This document shows, in pieces, positions 27,233-37,638 of a stretch of 64,000 nucleotides of DNA (within the stretch, counting starts at the first letter, position 1; every line of letters starts with the position of its first letter). Position numbers and translations under genes: made by a program. This stretch comes from a virus (taxonomy: Duplodnaviria; Caudoviricetes): positions 1-64,000 of IMG/VR virus record IMGVR_UViG_3300037424_000434; one strand, 5' to 3'. Below the pieces are notes generated by a model. It ran no database searches. It was not told where the DNA came from and was given only the letters and a program-made list of their open reading frames with translations.

Positions 27233-28087
27233 ATGCGTGTGCAAATTTGTTCAGATTTACATTTAGAATTTGGTCGTATTAATAAATTACATGATAAGAT
27301 GGTAGATACCAAAGCCGATGTTCTGGTTTTGGCGGGCGACATTACGTGTGGGGACTCCATTGTAGATGATATCCACCAAATACAACAAGATTCTGGGAAA
27401 ATAGTTGTGTTTGTTCCGGGTAATCATGAATATTATGGTCGCAACAGATCATCATTGGACCCCGAAATGTTGGCATTGGAATCAATAAACCCAAAGGTCC
27501 ATGTGTTGATAGAGAAGGACTTTTGTTTAAATGGTGTTTGTTTCCTTGGCTCTACAGGATGGTGGGATGGTTCCAATGGTCCCATTGGGATGGCACAAAA
27601 ACACAGTCTTAACGACTTCACTAGGATATATGATTTATTAGATGAAGGCAATCTAGATGGGGTTGTGTGGGGAGAAAAATCCCGGTCATACCTAGCCCAT
27701 CGGATGCATTGGTTGCGCCAACATATGCCTGACCTGAAATTATGTGTAATCACTCACCATTATCCTCATCATCGATCACTTGACCCTAGGTTTGCGGGAA
27801 GTTCGTTGAACAGATGCTTTGGTAATTCATGGGAATGGATGTTTGAAAAATATCACCCAGAAGTATGGATTCATGGGCATACTCATGCATCCTTTGATTA
27901 TATTGTAACCTCGGATAACAAAAAGTCTAGGGTTGTGTGTAACCCCCAAGGGTATCCCGAGAAATATATCATAAACAAGGAACGTTTTTCGGATCACTAT
28001 GATATTGTGTCCACCGATGCTGACAATATAATCTATCTAACCAAAGAGAACAACGCATATGATCCACAAAAAACTATCAATCTGTGA
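27233..28087 (+). CDS. calcineurin-like metallophosphoesterase
   Basis: SDLHLE, LAGD, PGNHEYY, THH.P, HGHTH. Confidence 0.9.
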   Translation: MRVQICSDLHLEFGRINKLHDKMVDTKADVLVLAGDITCGDSIVDDIHQIQQDSGKIVVFVPGNHEYYGRNRSSLDPEMLALESINPKVHVLIEKDFCLNGVCFLGSTGWWDGSNGPIGMAQKHSLNDFTRIYDLLDEGNLDGVVWGEKSRSYLAHRMHWLRQHMPDLKLCVITHHYPHHRSLDPRFAGSSLNRCFGNSWEWMFEKYHPEVWIHGHTHASFDYIVTSDNKKSRVVCNPQGYPEKYIINKERFSDHYDIVSTDADNIIYLTKENNAYDPQKTINL

Positions 28088-28120
28088 ACTACCTACGGAC
28101 TAAAGATCCAGTGGTTTACG
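28085..28120. mobile_element. possible IS200/IS605-type end hairpin remnant
   Basis: TGAACTACCTACGGACTAAAGATCCAGTGGTTT resembles the AACTACCCACGxCTAAAGxCGTGGG end motif; no transposase nearby. Confidence 0.35.
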
Positions 28121-28164
28121 CTCGACAATAAATACTTGCACAAAAACGCTACAAGGAGATTGTT

Positions 28165-28356
28165 ATGGACATTGTTGAGAAGATTGGTGTGCTTTTAGGA
28201 GAACTTAGTGCCGAGTTGAGCAATACCCGTATGGCGATTGGCGCACGTATGATACAAAGTCCAGTAGAACGTTATAAGGCCCGTCAAGCAGAACGTCTAA
28301 AGAAGAAGAAAAAAGATGATACGGATGATCAAACATCACAATCAGTTTCTCCTTAA
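28165..28356 (+). CDS. small protein (MDIVEKI...LLGE motif)
   Basis: AAGGAG RBS; AATAAATA upstream. Confidence 0.65.
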   Translation: MDIVEKIGVLLGELSAELSNTRMAIGARMIQSPVERYKARQAERLKKKKKDDTDDQTSQSVSP

Positions 28357-28413
28357 TTTACATCCACCTTCAACCATGCTATACTGACAAAAAAAGTATA
28401 AAGAGGTGTTTAT

Positions 28414-31179
28414 TTGTCATTAGTTAACGTATTTTACGACACAAAACGTTCAAGAGTTCATCTATGGGAAACAATAGAAGGAGAACGTTTTTATGATATT
28501 ATCAATTGGGTGCCATATGTGTTTACCCCCGATGATAACGGTATAATTAAAACGATTGATGGAATTTCGGTAAAGAAAAAGGAATTCCAAACCTACCAAG
28601 AATATAACGAATATCAAAGAACATTCAAAAACCACATTTACGAAAACGAGGTATCTAAGGAGATACAATATCTCGCTGAGAGATATCACACGGTATCCGA
28701 TGAAGATATTGATGTTCCTGTTTTAAAAATATATTCATTGGATATAGAGGTCCACTCTGAAAGGGGGTTTCCTCATGTGACAGACGCCGCGCATACCGTA
28801 GTTCTCATTAATGTTCGTGAATTTGGTGGTGGAGTCAATAAAACATGGGGGATCAAACCATATTGGGGGGACAACCCCGAAGGCATTGAATATACTCACT
28901 GTCAAAATGAAGTTGAACTTTTGCGCAAATTTTTTGATTGGTGGCATATAAATGCGCCCGATGTTGTCACGGGTTGGAATATTTGCCCAAACAACAAAAT
29001 GAACAAAAGGGGTGGCTTCGACCTTGGATATCTGGTAAATAGATCAAAAAATATTTTTGGCCCCAAAACAGAGGAATACAAGAAATTATCTCCTATTGGT
29101 ATAGTTCGTGTATGGGAAGACGAAGAGTCTGGGGCTGTTAACGTGGATATCGCCGGGGTATCCGTTATGGACTATTTTGCCCTATATAAATGGTATTCTC
29201 CGGAACATCCTGAGAACTACAAACTTGATACCATTTCAAGGTTCGAGCTTGATCTGGGGAAACTGGACTACTCCGAGTTTAATGATTTAAGAACCCTTTT
29301 CCATCAGAACTGGAATCTATACGTAGATTACAATGCGGTTGACTGTCGATTGATTGAACAGATGGAGGATAAGCTAGGTTACATACGTTTGGCACAGAAC
29401 TTGGCGCTACTCTGTCGTTGCAAGATGGAAAACTATACAGCATCAACTCATTTGGTGGAAGGTCTTATGTTGACCCACTTCCGCCGTAATGGTTTGTGTG
29501 CTCCGAGAATGGTTGGTGGTGACCAAGAATGGTTCCCAGCGGCCTATGTCAAGCCGCCACAACGCGGGCAACATGATTGGGTTGTGGACCTTGATATCGC
29601 ATCATCTTATCCGACTGCGATTATCACCCTCAATATGTCACCAGAAACATATTATGGTCGCCTGATCGCGTATCAAAATGATTTTGGTGGATGGATTGAC
29701 ACAATGGCAGGCCGGGGAGATATGGACATTGAACAAATAGTTGCGATGGAAGCCCCTGTTGCTGATATGGTTAAAGTTCGACGATTCAAACCGTTCAAAT
29801 TACTCAAGGAAACAGGCATATCCATTGTTGATGGGGCCAAATTGGATAAATTTAATTTGGCTCTTGAGAGAGGATTGATATGTGTTGCTCCATGTGGATC
29901 AATGTTTATGCAGAACCGTCAAGGAGCATTTGCACAGGTTGAGTATGAGACGTATTTGAAACGTAAAGCTGTCAGGGCACTTGAAAAGGAAATGAAGCAG
30001 AAAGCACAGAGAGCGAGAATTCCAGAGAAAAAGGCTGAATATACTCGCAAAGCTGACAATTACTATGCTTTACAGTGGGCACTTAAAATCGTTCTTAACT
30101 CTGCATATGGGGTTACTGGGGTGCCTTATTCTCGATATTTCAATATCAATGTTGCAGAAGCAGTCGCCTCCTGTGGGCGTAGAGCTATTATCAATGGGGA
30201 AAAATACGTGAACAGGTTCTTTCATTCCGGTGAATGGACCAACCCCGAAATTCTCACGGCAATCAGATCACTCAGCGGTGATATTGTAATTGATACAACC
30301 AAGACATTAGAGGACGATTATGTAGCTTATATCGATACTGACTCTGTTTTCATCAAAGTAGGGCATTTCCTTGACCAAGTTCTGACTAATGAATGGAAAA
30401 GTTTGGACCAAGAATTGATCATTGATGGTATATTAAAAATTTCCAAGATCGTCGAAGATTATGTCAATGAATGTGCTTATAATGAAACACAGGTTGGAGA
30501 GTATAACTCAAGGATGTCCAAAGAGGAATTCTCTATTGTATTCAAGCAGGAAATTGTGTGCAAATCAGCACTATTTATACAGAAAAAGAAATATGGATAC
30601 CATGTGGTAAACAAAGAGCATATCCCCTGCGATAAGATTGATGTTACTGGTCTGGAAATTGTCCGGTCAGAAACCCCCTCTGTGTTCCGGGAAGCATTAA
30701 GAGACATGCTAGGGATGATATTGCGAAACTCTGATGATACTGCTATATTTGATGCATATACGGAGTACAAGAGACAGGCACGAAATGCTTACCCCGAGGA
30801 AATATCAGAAAACAAAGGGATCAAGGGATTGTCTAAATATATAATCGACGGCGAACCAATCAAAGGAACCCCGTATCACGTTAGAGCGGCTTCACAGTAT
30901 CATAAAATGTTACTAGAATTGAACATAGAGGACATATATCCCGAGATCGAAGAGGATACAAAAAATAGGCTAGTCTATGTTAAACCTAACCCATACAACG
31001 TAAAATGCATTATGTATGACAGATGGCCTAGTGAGTTCACAGCGGTGGGGGTTGAACCGGATTATGAAAAAATGATCGATAAATTCCTTTATCGGAAAAT
31101 GGTAGCATTACTTGAGCCTATGGGGAAAGCCCATATTCTAACACAAAATCAAGCATTTAATTTCTTTTTTGGAGGCTAG
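28414..31179 (+). CDS. gp43: family B DNA polymerase (T4 gp43-like), uninterrupted
   Basis: LDIEV, VTGWN, DYNAVD (exonuclease); DLDIASSYP, KIVLNSAYG, YIDTDS (polymerase). Confidence 0.96.
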   Translation: MSLVNVFYDTKRSRVHLWETIEGERFYDIINWVPYVFTPDDNGIIKTIDGISVKKKEFQTYQEYNEYQRTFKNHIYENEVSKEIQYLAERYHTVSDEDIDVPVLKIYSLDIEVHSERGFPHVTDAAHTVVLINVREFGGGVNKTWGIKPYWGDNPEGIEYTHCQNEVELLRKFFDWWHINAPDVVTGWNICPNNKMNKRGGFDLGYLVNRSKNIFGPKTEEYKKLSPIGIVRVWEDEESGAVNVDIAGVSVMDYFALYKWYSPEHPENYKLDTISRFELDLGKLDYSEFNDLRTLFHQNWNLYVDYNAVDCRLIEQMEDKLGYIRLAQNLALLCRCKMENYTASTHLVEGLMLTHFRRNGLCAPRMVGGDQEWFPAAYVKPPQRGQHDWVVDLDIASSYPTAIITLNMSPETYYGRLIAYQNDFGGWIDTMAGRGDMDIEQIVAMEAPVADMVKVRRFKPFKLLKETGISIVDGAKLDKFNLALERGLICVAPCGSMFMQNRQGAFAQVEYETYLKRKAVRALEKEMKQKAQRARIPEKKAEYTRKADNYYALQWALKIVLNSAYGVTGVPYSRYFNINVAEAVASCGRRAIINGEKYVNRFFHSGEWTNPEILTAIRSLSGDIVIDTTKTLEDDYVAYIDTDSVFIKVGHFLDQVLTNEWKSLDQELIIDGILKISKIVEDYVNECAYNETQVGEYNSRMSKEEFSIVFKQEIVCKSALFIQKKKYGYHVVNKEHIPCDKIDVTGLEIVRSETPSVFREALRDMLGMILRNSDDTAIFDAYTEYKRQARNAYPEEISENKGIKGLSKYIIDGEPIKGTPYHVRAASQYHKMLLELNIEDIYPEIEEDTKNRLVYVKPNPYNVKCIMYDRWPSEFTAVGVEPDYEKMIDKFLYRKMVALLEPMGKAHILTQNQAFNFFFGG

Positions 31180-31181
31180 AA

Positions 31182-31412
31182 ATGATAGACGGAAACATTT
31201 TTGGGGATGAATATTCCCCTCTAAGAGAATCACCCAAGTTCCGTAGATATATGGAAGAATACAAAATCCTAGACAAAAGGGTAGATGACTTACAGAGAAA
31301 CAGAGGTACCCTATCATACGAGGAAGTTATTGAACTAACAAAGCTGAAAAAATTAAAATTAGCGGTTAAAGATGAAATGGTGCTAATAGAAAAGAGAGCA
31401 CGAACCAGATGA
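31182..31412 (+). CDS. YdcH/DUF465-like coiled-coil protein
   Basis: FRR..EEY..LDKRV...LKKLKLAVKDEM. Confidence 0.6.
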   Translation: MIDGNIFGDEYSPLRESPKFRRYMEEYKILDKRVDDLQRNRGTLSYEEVIELTKLKKLKLAVKDEMVLIEKRARTR

Positions 31413-31684
31413 ACCATATGCGAGAAATTATGAGAGGGGAAGTAAAGGTTGATGTTTATGGGGAAGAGAACTGTGATGAACATCGAAAGTATTGGAATCT
31501 TTATTGTGAAGGGGATATGGAAAGTCAGAACACAGTGGAAGATGTTGTTCTGACTTTGAGTTCGTTTCCCGCTGGAGCAAGGATAAGCATAAGAGTACCA
31601 ATATGTCCTCGTTGTGAGGAAGGCGAAGATACATGTGATTGTGGGTTCGATTGGAAACAGTGGACAGAAGAGGAATATTCGTGA
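31409..31684 (+). CDS. hypothetical protein
   Basis: CPRC...CDCGFDW. Confidence 0.6.
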   Translation: MNHMREIMRGEVKVDVYGEENCDEHRKYWNLYCEGDMESQNTVEDVVLTLSSFPAGARISIRVPICPRCEEGEDTCDCGFDWKQWTEEEYS

Positions 31685-31733
31685 ATGTAGTTAAAGATTG
31701 GATAAATCACATAAATGAACAGGAGAAAGATTT

Positions 31734-32267
31734 GTGATTACAATAAACATGTTTGCTGGACCCGGAGCAGGTAAAAGCACCACCGCTGCTGGTGTATTTT
31801 CTTTGCTTAAACAAGAGGGAATAAGTTGTGAGTACGTGCATGAATGGGTAAAATGGCCGGTGTGGGAAAACAGAAAAGCTATATTTGATGATCAACTGTA
31901 TATCTTTGCAAAACAACACCATATGTTATACACTCTAAAAGGACAGGTAGATGTTGCCATATGTGACAGTCCTTTGTTGTTTAGTAATATTTATGGAAAA
32001 CTGTACACAGGATCGGGTATGGCAAAAAATCCTTCATTCTTTAGCCTAGTTGAAGAATGTTTTTGTGACTTTGATAATGTCAATTATGTAATCGAGAGAA
32101 CAAAAGCATATAACCCGAAGGGGAGAATTCAAACGGAACCAGAAGCCCAAACATTGGATACTGTAATTGAAACCTATCTCAAAGAAAACAACCATGCATA
32201 TGAAAAAGTGATTGGGGACAGGATGGCTATCAGAGGAATCACAAACAAAGTGTTGGAGCTGCTATGA
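31734..32267 (+). CDS. NadR/AAA-type P-loop ATPase/kinase
   Basis: GPGAGKST, EYV.E, ICDSPL, GR.Q. Confidence 0.75.
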   Translation: MITINMFAGPGAGKSTTAAGVFSLLKQEGISCEYVHEWVKWPVWENRKAIFDDQLYIFAKQHHMLYTLKGQVDVAICDSPLLFSNIYGKLYTGSGMAKNPSFFSLVEECFCDFDNVNYVIERTKAYNPKGRIQTEPEAQTLDTVIETYLKENNHAYEKVIGDRMAIRGITNKVLELL

Positions 32268-32464
32268 AAGACGTTATGAAATACAAAGGATTCATTGGTA
32301 GTGCTGAACTTGACCCGAATGGATCTGTTCACGGAAAAATTCTGTTCATCTCTGATCTTGTTACATACGAAGCGCATTCCGCAAAAGAAATCACGGTAGA
32401 GTTTGAGGCGGCAGTTGAAGACTATCTAGAGACTTGTAAGTCCCTAGACAGAGACCCCGTATGA
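32264..32464 (+). CDS. hicB: solo HicB-family antitoxin N-terminal domain
   Basis: MKYKGFIGS...HGKIL.ISDLVTYE..S..E...EF..AVEDYLETC. Confidence 0.8.
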   Translation: MKDVMKYKGFIGSAELDPNGSVHGKILFISDLVTYEAHSAKEITVEFEAAVEDYLETCKSLDRDPV

Positions 32465-32871
32465 AGCCATGCAAGGACTATATTGATAGCATAGTGACAA
32501 CCGAATATCTAAAAGAAAACCCTACTCATATATTCGTGTATGGGGATAATATGCTAGGATGGGGCAAAAAAGGAGCAGCAATACATAGAGATGAACCCAA
32601 TACTTTTGGGTTTGTCACAAAAAAACGTCCATCTTATTCGTTAGATGCATATTTCAAGCCAATGGAATATAAAGACGTTTTTGACAAAGAATTATCAAGA
32701 CTCATGAGAAGAATAGAGGCAAATCCTGAACAAACATTTCTTATATCACGGCTAGGGTCGGGATTGGCTGATAGATATTTGATATGGGAGAAAGTTATCC
32801 ATGACGGACTCAAAATATTACAAAAATACGATAATGTCCGGTTTTTGTTTGATTTTGACAACGAGATATAA
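32461..32871 (+). CDS. macrodomain-like phage protein
   Basis: IFVYGDN..G.GKKGAA...FLISRLGSGLA. Confidence 0.5.
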   Translation: MKPCKDYIDSIVTTEYLKENPTHIFVYGDNMLGWGKKGAAIHRDEPNTFGFVTKKRPSYSLDAYFKPMEYKDVFDKELSRLMRRIEANPEQTFLISRLGSGLADRYLIWEKVIHDGLKILQKYDNVRFLFDFDNEI

Positions 32872-32917
32872 ACAGAAAACAAAAATATAAATAAAGATAA
32901 CCAAGGAGGTTATCTTT

Positions 32918-33547
32918 ATGAAATTGAAAATATATGTGTGGATGTTGGTGTTGTTTGTTGTTTTAAGTGGAAATGTTTTTGCTACAGATTTTGATAATAT
33001 TGACCGTGTAATGTTTGCTGTGGCCTCTTTTTCGTTGTTGGCCGATGCGTCACAGACCATGCAGATCCAGTATCACGAGAACCATTTTGAACGGAATCGG
33101 ATGTTAGGCAAACACCCAACAAACGAGAGGGTCACCCTGTATTTTGGGTTGGTTATCCCCGCGACATTTGTCATAAGTCGATATATTTTGGATGGACCAT
33201 GGCGAAAAGTCTATCTGGGTGCAGTCACATTATACGAATTAAATACAGTAAGAAACAATAGTTTAAATGGATTAACTAATGGATTTTCATTGGATACTCA
33301 TAGCTATTTTCATTTCGGTATCAACGTTATTAGTGGGGTGGCAGTACAGAGCATTTTTCCTGAATGGAATGCCCCAACTAAAGTCATTGTGGCCACATTG
33401 CCCATGATGTATAAAGAATTTTTCATGGACGGTTACATCGATGCTGGGGATATATTTTTTAATCTTCTTGGGGCATATGTGGGAGTGGCCACTACTGGTC
33501 ATTTAACCGTCACTAAAAATATGGTTTATTATACGAAAAGGTTTTGA
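32918..33547 (+). CDS. exported/membrane protein
   Basis: signal peptide (ends VFA), hydrophobic repeats, C-terminal F. Confidence 0.6.
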   Translation: MKLKIYVWMLVLFVVLSGNVFATDFDNIDRVMFAVASFSLLADASQTMQIQYHENHFERNRMLGKHPTNERVTLYFGLVIPATFVISRYILDGPWRKVYLGAVTLYELNTVRNNSLNGLTNGFSLDTHSYFHFGINVISGVAVQSIFPEWNAPTKVIVATLPMMYKEFFMDGYIDAGDIFFNLLGAYVGVATTGHLTVTKNMVYYTKRF

Positions 33548-33939
33548 TGTTCATTGCCATTTTTGTGATTGACCTTTCATACACTATATGCTATAAAAGT
33601 GTATCTCAAAACACCCACAGCATAGAAAGGTAGCATAATGCATTGGTTTATCTTGCTGATTCCCATATTAAGTGCTTGGTTCGCAAAGTTTGTATTAAAA
33701 TCAACAATTACGTGGAAAGAAATGGCCGTTCAGTATGATTTCATTTTTTCTAACCGATTTTGTTCGTTTCGTGTTTGAGTTGTTCTGGTGCGGCATCAAA
33801 TCATTACTTGACAAGATCCGCAAACGGGTTCTGGGTGTTGCCGCCCGTGATTTGGATTAACTTTTGTTGTTGACATAAACCACACAAGATGCAATACTAA
33901 ACAAAGCTGATCAATCAATTTGGTCCGACTGGAAAAGAG

Positions 33940-34176
33940 GTGAGTGAGATGTTGCATATTAAAATGGTGTCGCCGGAGATTCTTGAAGTAGAAGAGATAA
34001 TTCACGGTTGGAAGAAAACTTACCGAAAGTTCTATTACACCAATATTAAAACATGGCAAGACTTGACCAACCCCCGTGCCACAAAACAAACCGAAAATTT
34101 TAAAGTGGCAGGAAAATTGGCCGATGGCAGTATAGATTGGATTAAAAAATACCATTTACCAAAAATTACTCAGTGA
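33940..34176 (+). CDS. hypothetical protein
   Basis: GAGG RBS, GTG start. Confidence 0.55.
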   Translation: MSEMLHIKMVSPEILEVEEIIHGWKKTYRKFYYTNIKTWQDLTNPRATKQTENFKVAGKLADGSIDWIKKYHLPKITQ

Positions 34177-34207
34177 CTTATACGCGTATCTCATAACAGG
34201 GAGAATT

Positions 34208-34609
34208 ATGTTAAAGAAGGCATTCAATATAGCAAATACATATCACTCAGATCAGGTGGATAAAGCTGGTCGGCCATACATCCTCCACCCCATTGCTGTT
34301 TATCTCAAAGCAATGACAGAAGACGAAAAAATTGTGGCGATACTCCATGATGTTGTCGAAGACACGATTTACACGGAAGAAATGCTTAGATCGGATTTCC
34401 CCGAGCATGTTGCCAATGCTGTAATGGCGGTGACGAAAAGAGAGGGAGAAAGTTACACTGAATTCATCTTGAGGGCCAAAGAAAACCCTATCGCAAGGGC
34501 TGTAAAGGGGTACGATATGGAGCACAACATGAGCTCTAGGGGTGTAGCCATTCCAGATAGTTTAATGGACCGATACGTCAAACACTATAAAATTCTGAAA
34601 GAGGATTGA
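34208..34609 (+). CDS. HD-domain alarmone hydrolase-like protein (Mesh1/SAH type)
   Basis: H..QVDKAG.PYILHP, AILHDVVED, D..HN. Confidence 0.88.
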   Translation: MLKKAFNIANTYHSDQVDKAGRPYILHPIAVYLKAMTEDEKIVAILHDVVEDTIYTEEMLRSDFPEHVANAVMAVTKREGESYTEFILRAKENPIARAVKGYDMEHNMSSRGVAIPDSLMDRYVKHYKILKED

Positions 34610-34878
34610 TCATGAAACTCAAATGTGTTGTATGTGGTGAAGTCGTGGAAAAGCGTCATGGAGCCCAATTCCGTAATCCCTCAAAGATTAATTCTGGGGG
34701 TGGACAAATTATGTTCCCGGTTGCCCATATTAATCCCCAAACAAATGATCCATGCCACGGATTTTACATGGAAGCTTTTGAAGAAGTTGAATAACTGTAT
34801 TTGTGTCACGGCCCCACGCGGGGTATGAGTAGTTAAAAATATATTAATATATCATAATATTTTCCGAAAGGTTATACC

Positions 34879-36105
34879 ATGACCCCAGTATTGATCGAAA
34901 GCATGTTGGACACTGATCTATACAAGCTTACTATGTGGCAAGCAATGTTCCACAAGTACACCTCAGCAAACACCAAATGGCGATTTAAAGCGCGTAAAGG
35001 AAATGGTTTCCCAAAAAACGGAACATCCGATACTGATTTCCTGTTGGCTCTAAACCAAAGCCTTGATCATCTATGCACTCTGGGGTTTCTCCCAGAAGAT
35101 CTCACATACCTACGTAACCTACGAACAAAAAATGGTACATTGTTGTTTAAGGATGATTTTCTGGAATATCTGCGATTGTTCAAATATAACAGGGAGTATA
35201 TACACGTCTCCGTTGCGGTGGATGGATCATTGGATATTGTCTTGGATGGTCCATGGATGGCTGTTACTGGGCTTGAGGTGCCTGTGCTTGCTATAGTATC
35301 CGAATTGCATAGCATGACCAAGTTTCAGGGTTCAACCCTTCCAGAAGGTAAATCAAGGCTGAAGGAGAAGATTTCTTTTCTGAAAACGAAAGACTCTATG
35401 GGTAAGTTGGCTGGATTTGCTTTTGCTGACTTTGGTACTCGTCGGAGATATAGCTTTAAGTGGCAAAACTATGTATTAGCCGAACTTGTTAAGGAGTTAT
35501 CTCTTGGTGTTCTGGTTGGCACCTCTAATGTATATTATGCCCGGAAGTATAATCTAACTCCAATTGGTACTATGGCTCATGAATTCATACAATGCTTTCA
35601 ACAGCTTGGTGGTCGGTTGGTCGATAGCCAGAAAGCCGCACTTGAGGCATGGGTGCAAGAATATAGAGGCGAATTAGGCATTGCTTTAACTGACACTGTT
35701 GGATTTGATGCTTTTCTGCGAGACTTTGACCTGTACTTTGCCAAACTCTTTGATGGGTGCCGTCATGACAGTGGTGACCCCCAAATATGGTGTGAAAAAC
35801 TTATTGCTCACTATCGAAAGATGGGTATTGACCCAAAAACCAAGACAGCGGTTTTTTCTGATGGGCTTGATTTCGAATTGGCTTATAACTTGTACTACAT
35901 GTTTCGTGACTTTATCAAGGTGAGTTTTGGTATTGGTACCAACCTCATGAATGATATGGGATGTGATGCAATCAGCATTGTGTTAAAGGTGGTCATGCTC
36001 AATGGTGCTCCGGTTGCAAAAGTATCAGATAGCAGGGGCAAGGGAATGTGTGAAGACCCCGAATATGAGTCTTACGTAAACAAAGTGTTTGGGATTGGAG
36101 GTTAG
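34879..36105 (+). CDS. pncB: nicotinate phosphoribosyltransferase
   Basis: DTDLYKLTM, DFGTRRR, GTSNV, GTMAHE, RHDSGDP, SDGL, FGIGTNL, AKVSD. Confidence 0.95.
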   Translation: MTPVLIESMLDTDLYKLTMWQAMFHKYTSANTKWRFKARKGNGFPKNGTSDTDFLLALNQSLDHLCTLGFLPEDLTYLRNLRTKNGTLLFKDDFLEYLRLFKYNREYIHVSVAVDGSLDIVLDGPWMAVTGLEVPVLAIVSELHSMTKFQGSTLPEGKSRLKEKISFLKTKDSMGKLAGFAFADFGTRRRYSFKWQNYVLAELVKELSLGVLVGTSNVYYARKYNLTPIGTMAHEFIQCFQQLGGRLVDSQKAALEAWVQEYRGELGIALTDTVGFDAFLRDFDLYFAKLFDGCRHDSGDPQIWCEKLIAHYRKMGIDPKTKTAVFSDGLDFELAYNLYYMFRDFIKVSFGIGTNLMNDMGCDAISIVLKVVMLNGAPVAKVSDSRGKGMCEDPEYESYVNKVFGIGG

Positions 36106-36107
36106 TC

Positions 36108-36305
36108 ATGAAAGCATTTGATGAGATGACCGAAAGTGACCTTGAGGCAATCGCGCGTCTTGCCATTAGTACCTCAACTGTGGTACAGTGGGTCTGTGAA
36201 GCATGTTTGCCTGACATTCACAAGGCATTCAATGCAGGACAACCAGAGCATCACAAATGTGAGGTCTGTTTTAAACCCCGAAAATGTTATGAGGTGTTAT
36301 GTTGA
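36108..36305 (+). CDS. small zinc-binding hypothetical protein
   Basis: VCEAC...CEVC...C. Confidence 0.55.
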   Translation: MKAFDEMTESDLEAIARLAISTSTVVQWVCEACLPDIHKAFNAGQPEHHKCEVCFKPRKCYEVLC

Positions 36306-36529
36306 GTGAATATACTGGTGGTGTTATTGATTCGTTTACTAAAGTGGTTGTGTGCAAGGATTATTTGGATGGTACTAGTCAGGTATTATTCAGAGGTCTA
36401 GCACAAGATGTACATCAATTCATAGAAGAAAATATGAGTGTTTATTGTGATGACATAATGAATGGTCAGCTTTTTGTAATGACTCTTGAGAATTTCACAA
36501 AAGACGCTACTAACGTAACATATAATTAG
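36299..36529 (+). CDS. hypothetical protein
   Basis: GAGG RBS, in the NAD operon. Confidence 0.5.
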   Translation: MLSEYTGGVIDSFTKVVVCKDYLDGTSQVLFRGLAQDVHQFIEENMSVYCDDIMNGQLFVMTLENFTKDATNVTYN

Positions 36530-36543
36530 GAGATCCCAAACAA

Positions 36544-36990
36544 ATGAACATTCCAATGTATCCAAGAAATCCATACTTGACAGTTGATGCTGTTGTACTA
36601 AGATATGCACCCGATGAGTTTGGATGGTTTGCGCCCGAAATTCTATTGGTGAAACGCAAACGCGAACCCATAGGATGGGCTTTGCCCGGTGGGTTTGTTG
36701 ATTACGGGGAATCAACCAAATCAGCGATTATCAGGGAACTTAAAGAGGAAACCGGTTTAACAGTGAAAAACACTCCCGAGCTACTTTGTGTTAGATCAGA
36801 TCCTGACCGTGACCCCAGACAACACACTGTATCAGTGGTGTATCTATTTAACTACTACGAGGGAGAACTGAAAACGAACGACCCCGACGAGGTTGACGAT
36901 ATTAAGTTTTTTCCCTTATCAGAGTTGCCTGATATGGTGTTTGACCACAAAGAAATTCTGAACCTCCATTTGGACTGGATTGGTAGATGA
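36544..36990 (+). CDS. Nudix hydrolase, ADP-ribose pyrophosphatase-like
   Basis: [13 protein letters not shown]...[16 protein letters not shown]. Confidence 0.92.
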   Translation: MNIPMYPRNPYLTVDAVVLRYAPDEFGWFAPEILLVKRKREPIGWALPGGFVDYGESTKSAIIRELKEETGLTVKNTPELLCVRSDPDRDPRQHTVSVVYLFNYYEGELKTNDPDEVDDIKFFPLSELPDMVFDHKEILNLHLDWIGR

Positions 36991-37562
36991 AAATTTTAAT
37001 TTATGGCGGAGCATTTGATCCCGTACATATGGGGCACCTTTCAGTGGCGGATAATGCCCAAACAATGTTTGGATATGACAGGGTGTTGTTTGTCCCCTGT
37101 TATTCATCGATGTATGGGAAAAAAATGGCATCTTTTACGAGCAGATGGGAAATGTTAACCCGCGCTATCAATGATTATAAAAACCCAACATTTCTTGTCT
37201 CTGCCGCCGAAAGGGAACACCCAATAGAAGGAAAAACCTATACTCTCCTTGAATACTTAAAAGTGAAATTTCGGGACATAAACGCCCAAATGGACATATT
37301 GATTGGGTCTGATACCTTAAAACACATCCAGAACTGGTATGAGTTTGAGAAGATAAACGATGAATATGTGTTTATTGTGATGGAGAGATACGGATATCCC
37401 ATCGAAAGTAAGGTGTTAAAGAGAGCGTTCTATGCTTCCTTTCATAACGATTTCGAGATATCATCGACCACAACAAGACATCAACTAAAAACCGTTGGAA
37501 CCAGTTCATTGGTGCCACAAACCGTTGAAAAATATATCAAGGAAAACAACTTATATATCTAA
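36987..37562 (+). CDS. nadD: nicotinate-nucleotide adenylyltransferase
   Basis: [23 protein letters not shown]. Confidence 0.92.
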   Translation: MKILIYGGAFDPVHMGHLSVADNAQTMFGYDRVLFVPCYSSMYGKKMASFTSRWEMLTRAINDYKNPTFLVSAAEREHPIEGKTYTLLEYLKVKFRDINAQMDILIGSDTLKHIQNWYEFEKINDEYVFIVMERYGYPIESKVLKRAFYASFHNDFEISSTTTRHQLKTVGTSSLVPQTVEKYIKENNLYI

Positions 37563-37638
37563 TGCACTGAATACAGATGTTATATTTGAAAAAACGGTAC
37601 TTTATATAAAGAAGTACCCAATATACGGAGGTACAAAA

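Noticed and set aside
37495-37638. 48-aa N-terminal extension of NadE from the ORF track
   Set aside because: It overlaps the nadD 3' end; a GGAGG RBS precedes ATG 37639, which gives a normal-sized NH3-dependent enzyme.
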